A stretch of DNA of 64,000 nucleotides from Octopus vulgaris (Eukaryota): contig OX597826.1 in assembly GCA_951406725.2 (NCBI GenBank), positions 56,420,001-56,484,000 of the forward strand, read 5' to 3'. Shown one piece after another: positions 25,040 to 37,209 of the stretch (position 1 is its first letter; each line of letters starts with the position of its first letter). The translations under genes and the position numbers were made by a program. Under the pieces are notes generated by a model, which worked only from the letters and a program-made list of their open reading frames with translations, was not told the DNA's origin and made no database searches.

Positions 25040-25675
25040 TCTTTACTACTCTAGGCACAAGGCCTGAAATTTTTGGAGGAGTGGGCATTTGATTAGATTG
25101 ACCCCAGTACACAACTGGTACTTAATTTATCAACCCCGAAAAGATGAAAGGCAAAGTCAACCTCGGTGGAATTTGAACTCAGAACATAAAGGCAGACAAA
25201 ATACCTATTTCTTTACTACCCACAAGGGGCTAAACACAGAGACGACAAACAAAGACAGACAAACGGATTAAGTTGATTATATCAACCCCAGTGCATAACT
25301 GGTACTTATTTAATCGACCCCGAAAGGATGAAAGGCAAAGTTGACCTCGGCGGAACTTGAACTCAGAACGTAGCAGCAGACAAAATACCGCTAAGCATTT
25401 CACCTGGTGTGGTAATGTTGCTGCCAGCTCGCCACCTTTCTAAAATTAAACAGAAAATATTCTTTTCTACTCTAGGCACAAGGCCCGAAAATTTTGGGGA
25501 GAGGGACAGTTGATTAGATCAGCTCTAGTACACAACTGGTACTTAATTTATCAACCCCGAAAGGATAAAAGGCAAAGTCAACCTTGGAAGAATTTGAACT
25601 CAGAACATAAGGACAGATGAAATACCACTAAGTATTTCACCTGATATGTTAATGTTTCTGCCAGCTCACTGCCTT
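25040..25675 (-). mobile_element. Three tandem SINE family M copies
   Basis: Repeated aactggtactta...ccccgaaaggatgaaaggcaaagt..acct.gg..gaatttgaactcagaac at about 25115, 25300 and 25535. Confidence 0.9.
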
Positions 25676-25807
25676 ATTAATTAAAATATATTAAAAGAAA
25701 ATACATAGTATACCATAGATGAGTAAACAAAGAATTGTGCATACTGTATGGAAAACAAAACTTAGGTGAGTGTGTGGTATTGTTTTGCATTTATGATAAA
25801 ATAAATA

Positions 25808-26185
25808 CTCTTTTACTCTTTTACTTGTTTCAGTCATTTAACTGCGGCCATGCTGGAGCACCGCCTTTAGTCGGGACTTATTCTTTGTAAGCCCAGTACT
25901 TATTCTATCGGTCTCTTTTGCCGAACCGCTAAGTGACGGGGACGTAAACACACCAGCATCGGTTGTCAAGCAATGCTAGGGGGACAAACACACAAACACA
26001 CACACATACACACATATATATATACATATATACGACAGGCTTCTTTCAGTTTCTGTCTACCAAATCCACTCACAAGGCATTGGTCGGCCCGGGGCTATAG
26101 CAGAAGACACTTGCCCAAGATGCCACGCAGTGGGACTGAACCCGGAACCATGTGGCTGGTTAGCAAGCTACTTACCACACAGCCA
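25808..26185 (-). mobile_element. CORE-like tRNA SINE with internal microsatellite (here family C)
   Basis: Minus strand: ggctgtgtggtaagtagcttgc...gggttcagtccc...cttgggcaagtgtcttct...(TA/TG)n...ggcggtgctccagcatggccgcagt..atgactgaaacaagtaaaagag. Other copies at 37690-38432(-), 38958-39402(-), 45410-45832(+), 52040-52412(-), 55309-55698(-), 58195-58578(+), 59849-60265(+) and 61575-61900(+). Confidence 0.9.
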
Positions 26186-26223
26186 AAATATATACTAATT
26201 ATAAAAATGATAAAATATATATA

Positions 26224-27050
26224 CAGTACAGTACTGTTTCTGCTTTGAGGATTTTCACCTACCATGGAAGGTTTTGGAATGGGCACCGTCTGTAAGAAAA
26301 ACAGCACTATGATGCAACTCACTCTGCACGAAATTTTGAAACAAAATACTGTACTGCTTGGCATTCATGCCAGAAGCTCCAATACGAACATTTCAGAGTG
26401 TTTGGGTGTCAATCTGAGGACATGTACCAAGAGTGATAAAAATCAAACAGCCAGTCAACATCATGGTGTTTGGAGTGATCACTAGTGCTGGTGACGTTAT
26501 CCCTCCATTCATCTTCCCACGTGGCCTCAGACTCAACACAGGTCTACATCAAGTACCTGGAGGAGGTAGTGCTGCCCTGGGTCAAGAAGGTGGCTGCTGG
26601 AACACCCTATGTCTGGCAACAGGACTCTGCACTGTACCACACAAGCAGGAGAACCCAGTCATGGCTGTCAGACAATTTCTGTGACTACATTAGCCCTAAC
26701 ATCTGGCCACCCTAACTCCCCAGACTGCAACACCCTTGATTATAATATGTGGGGTGCAGTTGAAGGAGAGAACAACAAAACTCCTTGTAACACCAAAGTT
26801 AAACTGAGAGCAAGAATTATGGCAGCATTCACCAACTTAAAACAAGGAGACCATCCAGAAGAGTTGCAAGAGATTCCAAAGTCATCTGGCGGCTGAGGTT
26901 GGAGCCAATGACGATTTTATTGAATAAATTTACTCTTTAGTATTTCAAGATATTTTTGTGCAATTTTGGTAAATATATCTGTTAAAATGAGATGTCAGTT
27001 TTATTTTCATTTTTGCGTAATTCAGACGACAACTTATTCAGCTCACCCTG
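26224..27050 (+). pseudogene. DD37D (maT-type) Tc1/mariner transposon relic
   Basis: VNIMVFGVITSAG...YVWQQDSALYHTSRRTQSWL...IWPP/NSPDCNTLDYNMWG, with 37 residues between the second and third Asp across a frameshift. 3' TIR-like end ttattcagctcaccctg. Internal deletion near 26425. Confidence 0.88.
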
Positions 27051-27072
27051 TGTTTGTGTATGTATAACATAC

Positions 27073-27107
<35 letters not shown>

Positions 27108-27235
27108 TGTATGTACATATATATGTATGTATGTATATATGTATGTATGTATGTATATATGTATGTATGTATATGTATATATATGCATATATATGTATGT
27201 ATTATATATGTATGTATGTATATTATATATATATG

Positions 27236-27270
<35 letters not shown>

Positions 27271-27452
27271 GTATATATATATATGCATATATATATGTAT
27301 GCATATATATATGTATGCATATATATATAGGTATGTATGTATGTATATATATATATATATATATATACGTATGCATACATATATAGGTATGTACATATGT
27401 ATATATGTATACAATATATATATATATATATACATACATATATATGTATATA

Positions 27453-27494
<42 letters not shown>

Positions 27495-28319
27495 TACATA
27501 CAGCCGTAACAGATGTATGTGCATGCATTATCGACACAACCAACTAAATTGTACCATATATATATGAAAAATCTATTTTATCAAATTGCTGAAAATATAA
27601 AATTTGAACTAATAGGATTTTAGAGGAATGCCAAGTTGTGTGTGATGTAGTGTAGTTACTGAAGTTAGTGAAATATCTTCACCTTCACTTAAAATGGAAG
27701 CTGAAAATAAAATATTTATGTTCAAACCTGGTAATTTTACAAGATTGCTTTTGATCTTAATGTCTAAACAGTCGGAGCGTAAATTCAGCAGTAGATAGGC
27801 TGAAATAGTCATAGACTAAAGCTGTTTGACAATAATTTTATTGAAATTATTAGGAATGCGTTCGATGTATATGGGTGGGTAGATGAACGAAGGGAAATAA
27901 CCAATGCCTATTTCTCAATACATTTTGCTCATAAACCAATATCAGGTTCCGCTCTTGTGCTTTTAGCACTTCGACATCATTAAGTGAAGTTTAATAATAG
28001 TCATCATCTCGTCTGGAGATTGGCTTCATGGCACTGGAAATCTTTCCGACAGTCTATCAGCGTATATTTTAGTTGACCGACAATTCTGTGTTCTGTGGCT
28101 TCTGCTTTTCTACAGCTTGGAAAATTAGGGGTAGTATTTAACTTTTATGTTCTTCTATCTTGCTGAGAAATTGATTTGGCTGATCTCTAACATGGCTTTT
28201 GCTTACTGTTTATTCCTGTAATAGTTTTCTATGACAGCTACCAGCAGTAAATTGTACATATTCTTGGAAATCTTCTTCACAGAATCAACTTTTCTACTTC
28301 AGTTAATGGGCCAAACAAC

Positions 28320-28518
28320 TCAGAGTCTTCGTAGCATCGATAAATCAAAAGTTGAATGGTTATGGTAATGATGTTTCTGATTATGAGGGGGAGGTGATGT
28401 TGGTGAATGGGGAGCATGTTGGTGAAGTGGAGTAATAGTATTGGGGTTGGTGTTCGTGCTGGTGATAGTATTCGAACCGGTGTGTGGCGTTGGTGCTGGT
28501 ATTGGTGCTAAAGCAATG
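28320..28518 (-). CDS. Candidate terminal coding exon of an unidentified host gene (Pro/Thr/His-rich C-terminus)
   Basis: Strong acceptor ctaatttttcttcttgacaatctttcactatcactgtttccAG. Phase-2 frame IALAPIPAPTPHTGSNT...SPTSPPPHNQKHHYHNHSTFDLSMLRRL*, followed by about 750 bp of repeat-free sequence with AATAAA at 28209-28214 and 27837-27842. No homolog recognised. Confidence 0.45.
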
Positions 28519-28704
28519 CTGGAAACAGTGATAGTGAAAGATTGTCAAGAAGAAAAATTAGCTGAGTTTGAATACATTTCTGCCACAACTTTTCATGCAA
28601 CGTCAGCAAAATTGTTTTACTGAACTTTAGTTGAAGTCTAAAAGTTTACTGAGACAAAAGACAAACACAGTATTTGATTCCATTTCTTCTCTCCCCCCAT
28701 CCCC

Positions 28705-29345
28705 CGACACATAAAACAACATTTTTCCTCTATTGTTAGTCTGATTTCTGTTTTATTTTTCTCTGGCACATAAACCCAATTTTTTCCTTTATTATTACAA
28801 ATACATTTCTTTTTGCCCTGGCACATAAACCCAGATTTTTCCTCTATTATTACAATCTGATTTCTGTTTTATTTTTTCTGGTACATAAACCCAAATTTTT
28901 CCTATATCATTATAAATACATTTCTTTTTGCCCTGGCACATAAACCCAGATTTTTCCTATATTATTACAACCTGATGAATATGTTTTTCCCTGGCACATA
29001 AACTCAGATTTTTCCTCTATTATTACAATCTGATTTCTGTTTTATTTTTTCTGGTACATAAACCCAAATTTTTCCTATATCATTATAAATACATTTCTTT
29101 TTGCCCTGGCACATAAACCCAGATTTTTCCTATATTATTACAACCTGATGTATATGTTTTTTCCCTGGCACATAAACCCAGATTTTTCCTATATTATTAC
29201 AACCTGATGTCTGTGTTTTTTCCTGGTACATAAACCCAGATTTTTCTTATACTATATTATTACAATTAGATTTCTTTTGCACTGATACACAGAACCAGAA
29301 TTTTTCCTATATTATTACAATATGACACTGATATTGTTACACTGA
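28705..29345. repeat. 55-60-bp minisatellite, about 11 units
   Basis: Recurring ctggcacataaacccagatttttcctatattattacaa core. Confidence 0.95.
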
Positions 29346-30019
29346 CACACAAATACATAACACTGTCTGAAACTCTACCATTACCTCATCTCAAATACAG
29401 ATTGAAATATGAGACTAATTCTGTTAAAACTGCTATATTCAAAAGATCAAGAAGTCATCTCGAATTGAGTAGCATCCTGCCAAAATTTCAATTCTCATTT
29501 TAACCCTTTCATTACTATATTTCTGACCAAACTATATTATTTCAATTATTCTGTCTATGATCCCAGGAACATGTATGAATATCTCATCATTTCATTTTAC
29601 CATATTCCTTCCACTAAAAATATAGAACTATTCCTCTATATCAAAAAAAAAGAGATTATTTTTATTTAGACTCTAATAGGAAAGCTGGTGTTAATTTTGA
29701 GATTTCCAGTCATCTCTCTACCTGATTACCTACCTACCTACCCCAATCATATCTTTAACTATCCACCTGGCCTTGTTGCTACTGACCTATCCAGTCAATG
29801 TCTCAACCCCACCTATCCAAACATTTTTGTAGTCACCTACCCAGTTATATCTGTAGCTGCCTGCCAAGTATATCTCAAACTACCGACCTAGCCAAGGTTC
29901 CCAGCTACCAACCCAGGCATGCCCTTACCTACAAACCCAGCCTTGTTACAAGCTATCAACCTAATGAATGTCCTTAATAATCCCTAGTCTCATCCTTAGT
30001 TACCTACCTAGTCGATGCC

Positions 30020-30928
30020 TCTAGCTACCTAGCAATCATGCCTCTTGCTACCTAGCAATCATGTCTCTAGCTACCTAGCAATCATGCCTCTTGCTACCTA
30101 GCAATCATGTCTCTAGCTACCTACCAATCATGTCTCTTGCTACCTACCTAGCAATCATGTCTCTAGCTACCTAGCAATCATGTCTCTAGCTACCTAGCAA
30201 TCATGCCTCTAGCTACCTAGCAATTGTGTCACTTGCTACCTAGCAATCATGCCTCTAGCTACCTAGCAATCATGTCTCTAGCTACCTACCAATCATGTCT
30301 CTTGCTACCTACCTAGCAATCATGTCTCTAGCTACCTAGCAATCATGCCTCTAGCTACCTAGCAATCATGCCTCTTGCTATCTAGCAATCATGTCACTTG
30401 CTACCTAGCAATCATGCCTCTTGCTATCTACCAATCAAGTCTCTAGCTACCTAGCATTTATGCCTCTTGTTTCCTAGCAATCATGCCTCTTGCTTCCTAG
30501 CAATCATGTCTCTTGCTACCTACCTAGCAATCATGTCTCTAGCTACCTACCAATCATGTCTCTTGCTACCTACCTAGCAATCATGCCTCTAGCTACCTAG
30601 CAATCATGCCTCTTGCTATCTAGCAATCATATCACTTGCTACCTAGCAATCATGCCTCTTGCTATCTACCAATCAAGTCTCTAGCTACCTAGCATTTATG
30701 CCTCTTGTTTCCTAGCAATCATGCCTCTAGCTACCTACCAATCATGTCTCTTGCTACCTACCTAGCAATCATGTCTCTAGCTACCTAGCAATCATGCCTC
30801 TTGCTTCCTAGCAATCATGCCTCTTGCTTCCTAGCAATAAAGTCTCTAGCTACTGAGCATTTATGCCTCTTGTTTCCTAGCAATCATTCCTCTTGCTTCC
30901 TAGCAATCATGTCTGTAGCTATCTACCA
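30020..30928. repeat. 23-bp minisatellite (gctacctagcaatcatg[c/t]ctct[a/t]) with 27-bp variants
   Basis: Roughly 38 contiguous units with no spacers. Confidence 0.95.
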
Positions 30929-32318
30929 AGTCAATATCCCAAGCTGACCCCCCCTCCACTGCCACTCTCACTCTTCCTTGGTCATGGATCATGTCTATAG
31001 ATATATTCTATTTTTGCATTGAATGACAGCAATAAAGTAAAGTGGTCAATTGTTTATTTATTTTGTTCCCATAATCAGCAGTTGACGTTAGCCTTTTGTT
31101 TTTTATTATTTTTATTTATTCATTTCCTGTTTTATTATTTTGTTTATTTGTTTGTTTGGTTTCTTTTTTTTGTGTGTGTGTAGCCAGGAATTGATTTTTC
31201 TTTTTTTTCTTTTTCTTTTTTTTTTTTTCTACAAGCTAAAATCAAACCTTCTATTTCAACCATTATTCCCAAGCTTTTGAGCCATTGTTACCTTTCATAT
31301 TAGCTCATTTCCTCTCTGACCGGTCTTCCACGATACCGATCATGGAAGTGATTTTCTCTCTGTTCTCTTTCCTTTATTATTTCTTTTGTTTTTTTGTTAT
31401 TTCATTTCATTTCACATTTTGTATTTTTTGTTATATATTATTTTTTTTTCCTGTTGTTTTGTTCTTATCTAAACCTATTTCTTTAGTGTAATTAGCTTTC
31501 AGTTTGTATTTTATTGTTTCCTTATATAGAGAGAAAAGCTATTTTTATTTTTATTTTTTTTGTTTTGTACTTCATCATCATCTTTTTCTTTATTTTTTTT
31601 TATTTTTTGCCATGCTGCCTTATTATACTAATTACTCTATCTTTGCTTGCTTCTAAATATTTTTCTAGATCCATTGTGGTTACTTCATGATAGTTTTCTA
31701 TCTGTATCAGGTCTTTTTATCCCCTGTGCACTTGGTCAGCTATATATATATATATATATACACACTCTATACACTATCTCTGTATCAGCATTATATGCAC
31801 TATATATACATTTACATATGTGAGTGAGTGTGTATATGTATGTGCGTGTATATGTATGTATATAAATGTGTGTATGTACATATATATATATATACACACA
31901 CACAAAGACACACAAGCATGCATGTACACACACACACTATATATGTATCCATGTATATATATATGTGTGTATGTACATATATATGTATATATACACACAC
32001 ACAAAGACACAAGCACGCACGTGCACACACACACCATATATGTATGTACATAAATGTGTATATCTACATATATATATATATATATGTGTGTGTGTATATA
32101 TACACACACAAAGACACACAAGTATGCACGTGCACACACACACACTATATATGCATGTATATATATATGTATATGTGTGTGTATATACACATATAGATAG
32201 ATAGATATAGATCAGAGTGGAGCTTGGTGCAGCCTCCTGACTTCCCGGACCCCAGTCGAAACATCCAACCCATGCCAGCATGAAAAACTGATGGTAAACG
32301 ATGATGATGATGATGATG

Positions 32319-32366
<48 letters not shown>

Positions 32367-32816
32367 TTTATATGTAAGCTTTATATATATATGTATGTTA
32401 TATCTATGGATCAGCTTCAGAATGGCAATTTCAAAATGTTGTCAGTTGTTTTCTGGTATTTTAATCAAAATTTTTCAATTCATTCAAATCCCATTTTATT
32501 AAAACTGTAATTTAAGGTATTCAAATACAAAATCTTACTTTTGGCTTTGAATTCATCCAGGTTTTAACGTTTGTCTGACTCTTCTCTCTCAGCCATTTCT
32601 GGTTTTCCAGTTTTTTCCTTGAGATTTCTGTGTCTATTGCATTGCATCAGTTATCATCATCATCACCGTTTAACGTCAGCTTTCCATGCTGTCATTGATT
32701 GGCTGGTTTGACTGAGGAGTGGCAAGCCAGAAGACTGCACCAGGCTCCAGTCTGATCTGGCAGTGTTTCTACAGCTGGATGCCCTTCCTAACGCCAACCA
32801 TTCCGTGAGTGTAGTG

Positions 32817-33442
32817 GGTGCTTTTTACATGCCACTGGTATGGGAGCCAGCCAGAGGGTACTGGCATCAACCACATATGGATGGTGCTTTTTACATGTCA
32901 CTGGTATGGGAGCCAGCCAGAGGGTACTGGCATAGACCTTGTTGGGATGGTGCTTTTTACATTCCACTGGCACGGGAGCCAGCCAGAGGGTACTGGCATC
33001 AACCACATATGGATGGTGCTTTGTACGTGTCACTGGTATGGGAGCCAGTCAGTGGGTACTGGCATCGACCACATATGGATGGTGCTTTTTACATGTCACT
33101 GGTTTGAGAGCCAGTCAGGGGGTACTGGCTTCGACCATGTTGGGATGGTGCTTTTTACGTGCCACCGGCATGGGATCCAGCCAGAGGATACTGGCATCAA
33201 CTACATATGGATGGTGCTTTGTACATGTCACTGGTATGGGAGCCAATCAGGGGGTACTGGCATCGACCATGTTGGAATGGTGCTTTTTACGTGCCACCGG
33301 CATGGGAGCCAGCCTGAGGGTTCTGGCATCAACCACATATGGATGGTGCTTTGTACATGTCACTGGTATGAGAGCCAGTCAGAGGGTACTAGCATCGACC
33401 ATGTTGGGATGGTGCTTTTTACATGCCACCGGCATGGGAGCT
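32817..33442. repeat. 66-bp VNTR (about 9.5 units) inside a family R retroposon
   Basis: Unit starts ggtgcttt at 32817, 32883, 32949, 33015, 33081, 33147, 33213, 33279, 33345 and 33411. Confidence 0.95.
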
Positions 33443-33449
33443 AATCAGG

Positions 33450-33715
33450 GGATTGCGGTCAGAGGATCGCAGTTTCAATTCCCAGGCCAGGTGTTGTGAG
33501 TGTTTATTGAGTGAAAACATCTAAAAGCTCCACGAGGCTCCGGCAGGGGGTGGTGGCGACCCCTGTTGTACTCTTTCGCCACAACTTTCTCTCACTCTCT
33601 CTTCCTGTTTCTTGGGTAACGCCTCGATGGACTGGCGTTCCGTCCAGCTGGGGGCAACATATACGCCACAAAAACTGGGAAACCGGGCCCATGAGCCTAA
33701 CTAGGCTTGAAAAGG
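33450..33715 (+). mobile_element. SINE with V-domain-like segment
   Basis: B-box-like gtttcaattccc. cgatggactggcgttccgtccag resembles the V-SINE core. Related pieces at 11990-12090, 14660-14780, 37590-37690 and 37927-38200. Confidence 0.7.
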
Positions 33716-34147
33716 GTGACAAGAATATATGTATATATCTATATGTGCACCTTTGTGTCTGTGTTGTTGCCCCATCATCACTTGACAACTGGTGTTGGTG
33801 TGTTTATGTCCCTGTAACTTAGCAATTCAGAAAAAAAAAAATAGAGACCAATAGACTAAGTACTAGGCTTACAAATAACAAGTCCTTGGTTTGATTTGTT
33901 TGACCAAAAACTCTTTTAAATGTGATGCTCCAGCATGGATGCAGTCAAATGACTGAAACAAGTAAAAGAATAAAAGAAAATAGGTTTTTAACCCTTTTCT
34001 TACCACACCTCCGTTAAAATACCTTTATTACAATTAATTTTGAAAATATCAAACAATTTACTAAAATAACTCTGTCATCATTAAGCTGATGTTTGAACCA
34101 TAATTTAGCATGAAATTTACTAGAAAGCTTTTATTAGAAGGTTTTAG

Positions 34148-35369
34148 GGATCTTTTCTATTCTGAAGCCAGTTTTTTCAAATTTTTCCTACTGAACCAAA
34201 CAATGTGAAACTTCGTATACTGGTAGAATGTGTCAAAAGTAAACTTAATTGTAAACCAGAATGAAAACGGAATTGTAACTTCTAAGTTTAACGTTGTTTA
34301 ATAATTAGAATTTTAACCAATGATATTCCGTCATTCGGCTTTATTTTATTTACTCCGTCTCGACCACCAATTTCATGACGTATTAAACATCTTAAATGTA
34401 AACAAGCGCATCCTTCTAATTATTTAACGTACTCATGTTTCCAGGATCCTATAGTCAGCCACCTTCTAATAACAATATTTAAAACTAGTTAATAAGCCAC
34501 ATGTATTAAATTGAAAATGTTTCCATTCTGTATGTCTGCATGTATGTGTGTGTGTATGTATGTGTAAGTATGTGTGTGTGTGTATGTATGTGTGTGTGTG
34601 TATGTATGTATGGCCGATTCATCGTAATTACGATGAATCGGCCATACATACATAGATACATACACACACACACATACATGCAGACATACATATACACATA
34701 CACCGAGTAAAAAATTTCAGTTATCTCTCTCTTTCACACATTACTCTCTCTGTCTCTTCATACACACACTAACAGAAGCACTTCACTTACACAACATACT
34801 GTCTCCCACACCCCATCAAACACACACACACACACACATGTACATCAATGCTTCCCCTAGACGGTAACTTCAAAGACAAACTTCCCTCGTCATAAAATCG
34901 TTTCCTCTTAGTCTCTTTCGCTCTCATTACTTATGTAAAAAAATAAAAGTTTTTTTACGGAAATCGACGGAAAACTTGTGCTACGACAAGCGAAACTTCG
35001 CCGAAATGTAATATTAAAAAAGCAAAGAGCTGGCAGAAACGTTAGCACGCCGGGCGAAATGCGTAGCCGTATTTCGTCTGCCGTTACGTTCTGTGTTTGT
35101 TTACAGTTTTCCGAACGTTAGTACGTCACAAAAGCGCTTTCTACGTCACACTAATAGAATGCAGTCAAGTTTTACACATGAAAACAAACAATCTGATTGG
35201 TTAAAATTCGCAGTTTTAATCTACGATTAAAGTCATAAAATAGATTTTTCTCAAATAAACTAGTTCCAACCTGTGTCTTGTTTTGCTAGACTCTATCAGC
35301 ATACGAAGTTTCAGAATATTTAGTTAAGTAGAAAGATCTGTGGTCCTGGCTTCAGAATTGAAAAGATCC
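34148..35369. mobile_element. 1.2-kb non-autonomous DNA transposon with long imperfect TIRs and 8-bp TSD
   Basis: Ends ggatcttttctattctgaagccag / ctggcttcagaattgaaaagatcc, with further inverted matches (gaaacttcgtat / atacgaagtttc, aattttaaccaat / attggttaaaatt). TSD ggttttag at 34140-34147 and 35370-35377. Confidence 0.85.
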
Positions 35370-35662
35370 GGTTTTAGTTATTAGAAATATAACTGGTTAT
35401 ATGTAAATGCACGTGACCCGGTAGTTAGGATGTTGCAATTAAGATAGCTAGAATGTGGGTTTGATTTCTGGACTGAGCGGTGTGTTGTGTTCTCGAGCAA
35501 AACACTTCATTCATGTTGCTCCAGTTCAATGGTAACCCTGCAAAAGAGATGCCTTCTAATCTGGGAGAAGGTTGGCTTGTCTGCCTAACCAGTGGGGTAG
35601 CATCGTTCAAAAGCTAAAACAATGAAAAGTGCATTGTGACCAGCAATCATCGTCATCGTTGT

Positions 35663-35891
35663 TTAACCTTTTAATTACTGTATTTATTTTGAGATGTTTT
35701 GTGTTTCTTTCAATTACTTTAAATATATCAAAGAATTTAGTAAAATAACTTAGTTATCATTGAGCTAGTGTTAGGAACATAAATTGTGACTAAGGTTTGG
35801 TGGAAGATTTTAATTCAAAACTTATGAAAACAAGACATTTGTACTACAGAGCCAGAGCCGGTTTCAGCTGCGTTGGTAACGAAAGGGTTAA
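35663..35891. mobile_element. piggyBac-like MITE inserted at the TTAA of a family R element
   Basis: ttaacc...gtaacgaaagggttaa. The host sequence gtttaa|(c/t)gtcc is split with TTAA duplicated. Second copy inverted at 60556-60783, partial copy at 33988-34147. Confidence 0.85.
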
Positions 35892-36444
35892 TGTCCACTT
35901 TCCATGCTAGCATGGGTTGGATGATTTGACTGATGACTGGCAAGCCAGAAAGCTGCACCAGGCTCCAATCTGATCTGGCAAAATTTCTACAGCTGGATGC
36001 CCTTCCTAATGCCAACTACTCTGAGAGTGTAGTGGGTGCTTTTTACATGCCACCAGCACGTGCTACCAACAATATATAATGATATTCAATAGTCTGGTCA
36101 ACCAAGTGGCCACATGATAATTCAATATTCTGACTAAACATTACTTCTCTCACTTTTTAATTATGGCCTTCCAAAATCTTTATTGAGCTGCTCAAGACCC
36201 CTCTTCCACTGTTGGTCCTTGGTTCCTTTTTACTCTACATTTAATGGTAAGGAGCTATAGGGACCATGAAATACCAGGTTATCATCCCATGGTACTAAGT
36301 CTGCCTTATGGACAGGGTGATACTTTAGCCTTGGTTGGTAGCCCTTCCTACAGAGGCTGTCTCAATAAAAACACTATTGGTTGTGTCACCTTATCACATC
36401 ATTTATGTGTGTTACATCAAATAAAATTTAATGTCACAACTGTA

Positions 36445-36671
36445 TCAACTCTTTAGTATTTGAACTGGCCATATCCAGCCCAAATATCTTACATGTTTTT
36501 GCTCAAACAAGCCAGATCTAACCTCTCACACTTCACCTACAATGCCATTCTAAAAATACACAATCAAATCATTTAAATCTCAAAGCTATAAGATAACACT
36601 GGATCAATTCCAAACAATGTGAACAAATAAACATTACATTTGAGAGAATAATCTGAAAACTAAAGGGTTAA
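36445..36671. mobile_element. Second TTAA-type MITE family, degenerate
   Basis: tcaactctttag ... ctaaagggttaa terminal inverted pattern. Confidence 0.55.
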
Positions 36672-37170
36672 GGAAACTAGATCCTTAAGTGAAGTCCTCT
36701 AACTTTAGCAAGTGTCCTATTTTGTAGTAGGATGGGCCTGGTTGTTATTCAACTACTGCTGCAAGTTTCTGGAGAAGCTGGTCCCAAAATGACAATAGAA
36801 TTGTCATGGAAGTCTACTAAAGGAGTGAACCTGACAAAATAGAATATGAAAAAAATGTAAAAAAAAAAAGAAAAGAATGCATAAGATATGGAATATGGAT
36901 CAGAAAGATTTGATGTTATTTTGTTTTTATTTTTACAGAAAGCTTTGTTCTGTGATTGAGAATATATATCAAATGGTGAGAAAACAATAGCTGTCTTAGC
37001 TGGAGTTAGAAAAGACCGTCAGAGCTGCGGAAGATGAAGAATATAGTCACACATAGGAAAGGAAATTGAATAAGAAATGGAAGAAAGATCAATGAATCAT
37101 CAGGAGGTAAGTAGTAGTAGCAGTAGTAGTAGCAGTAGTAGTAGTAGTAGTCGTCGTCGTCGTCGTCGTC

Positions 37171-37209
<39 letters not shown>

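Noticed and set aside
28705-29345. Constant core plus variable segment resembling a repeat-spacer array
   Set aside because: The variable segments are three related recurring types, as in a higher-order minisatellite.
30020-30928. CRISPR-like regular repeats
   Set aside because: Units are contiguous with no unique spacers, there are no cas genes, and the context is eukaryotic.
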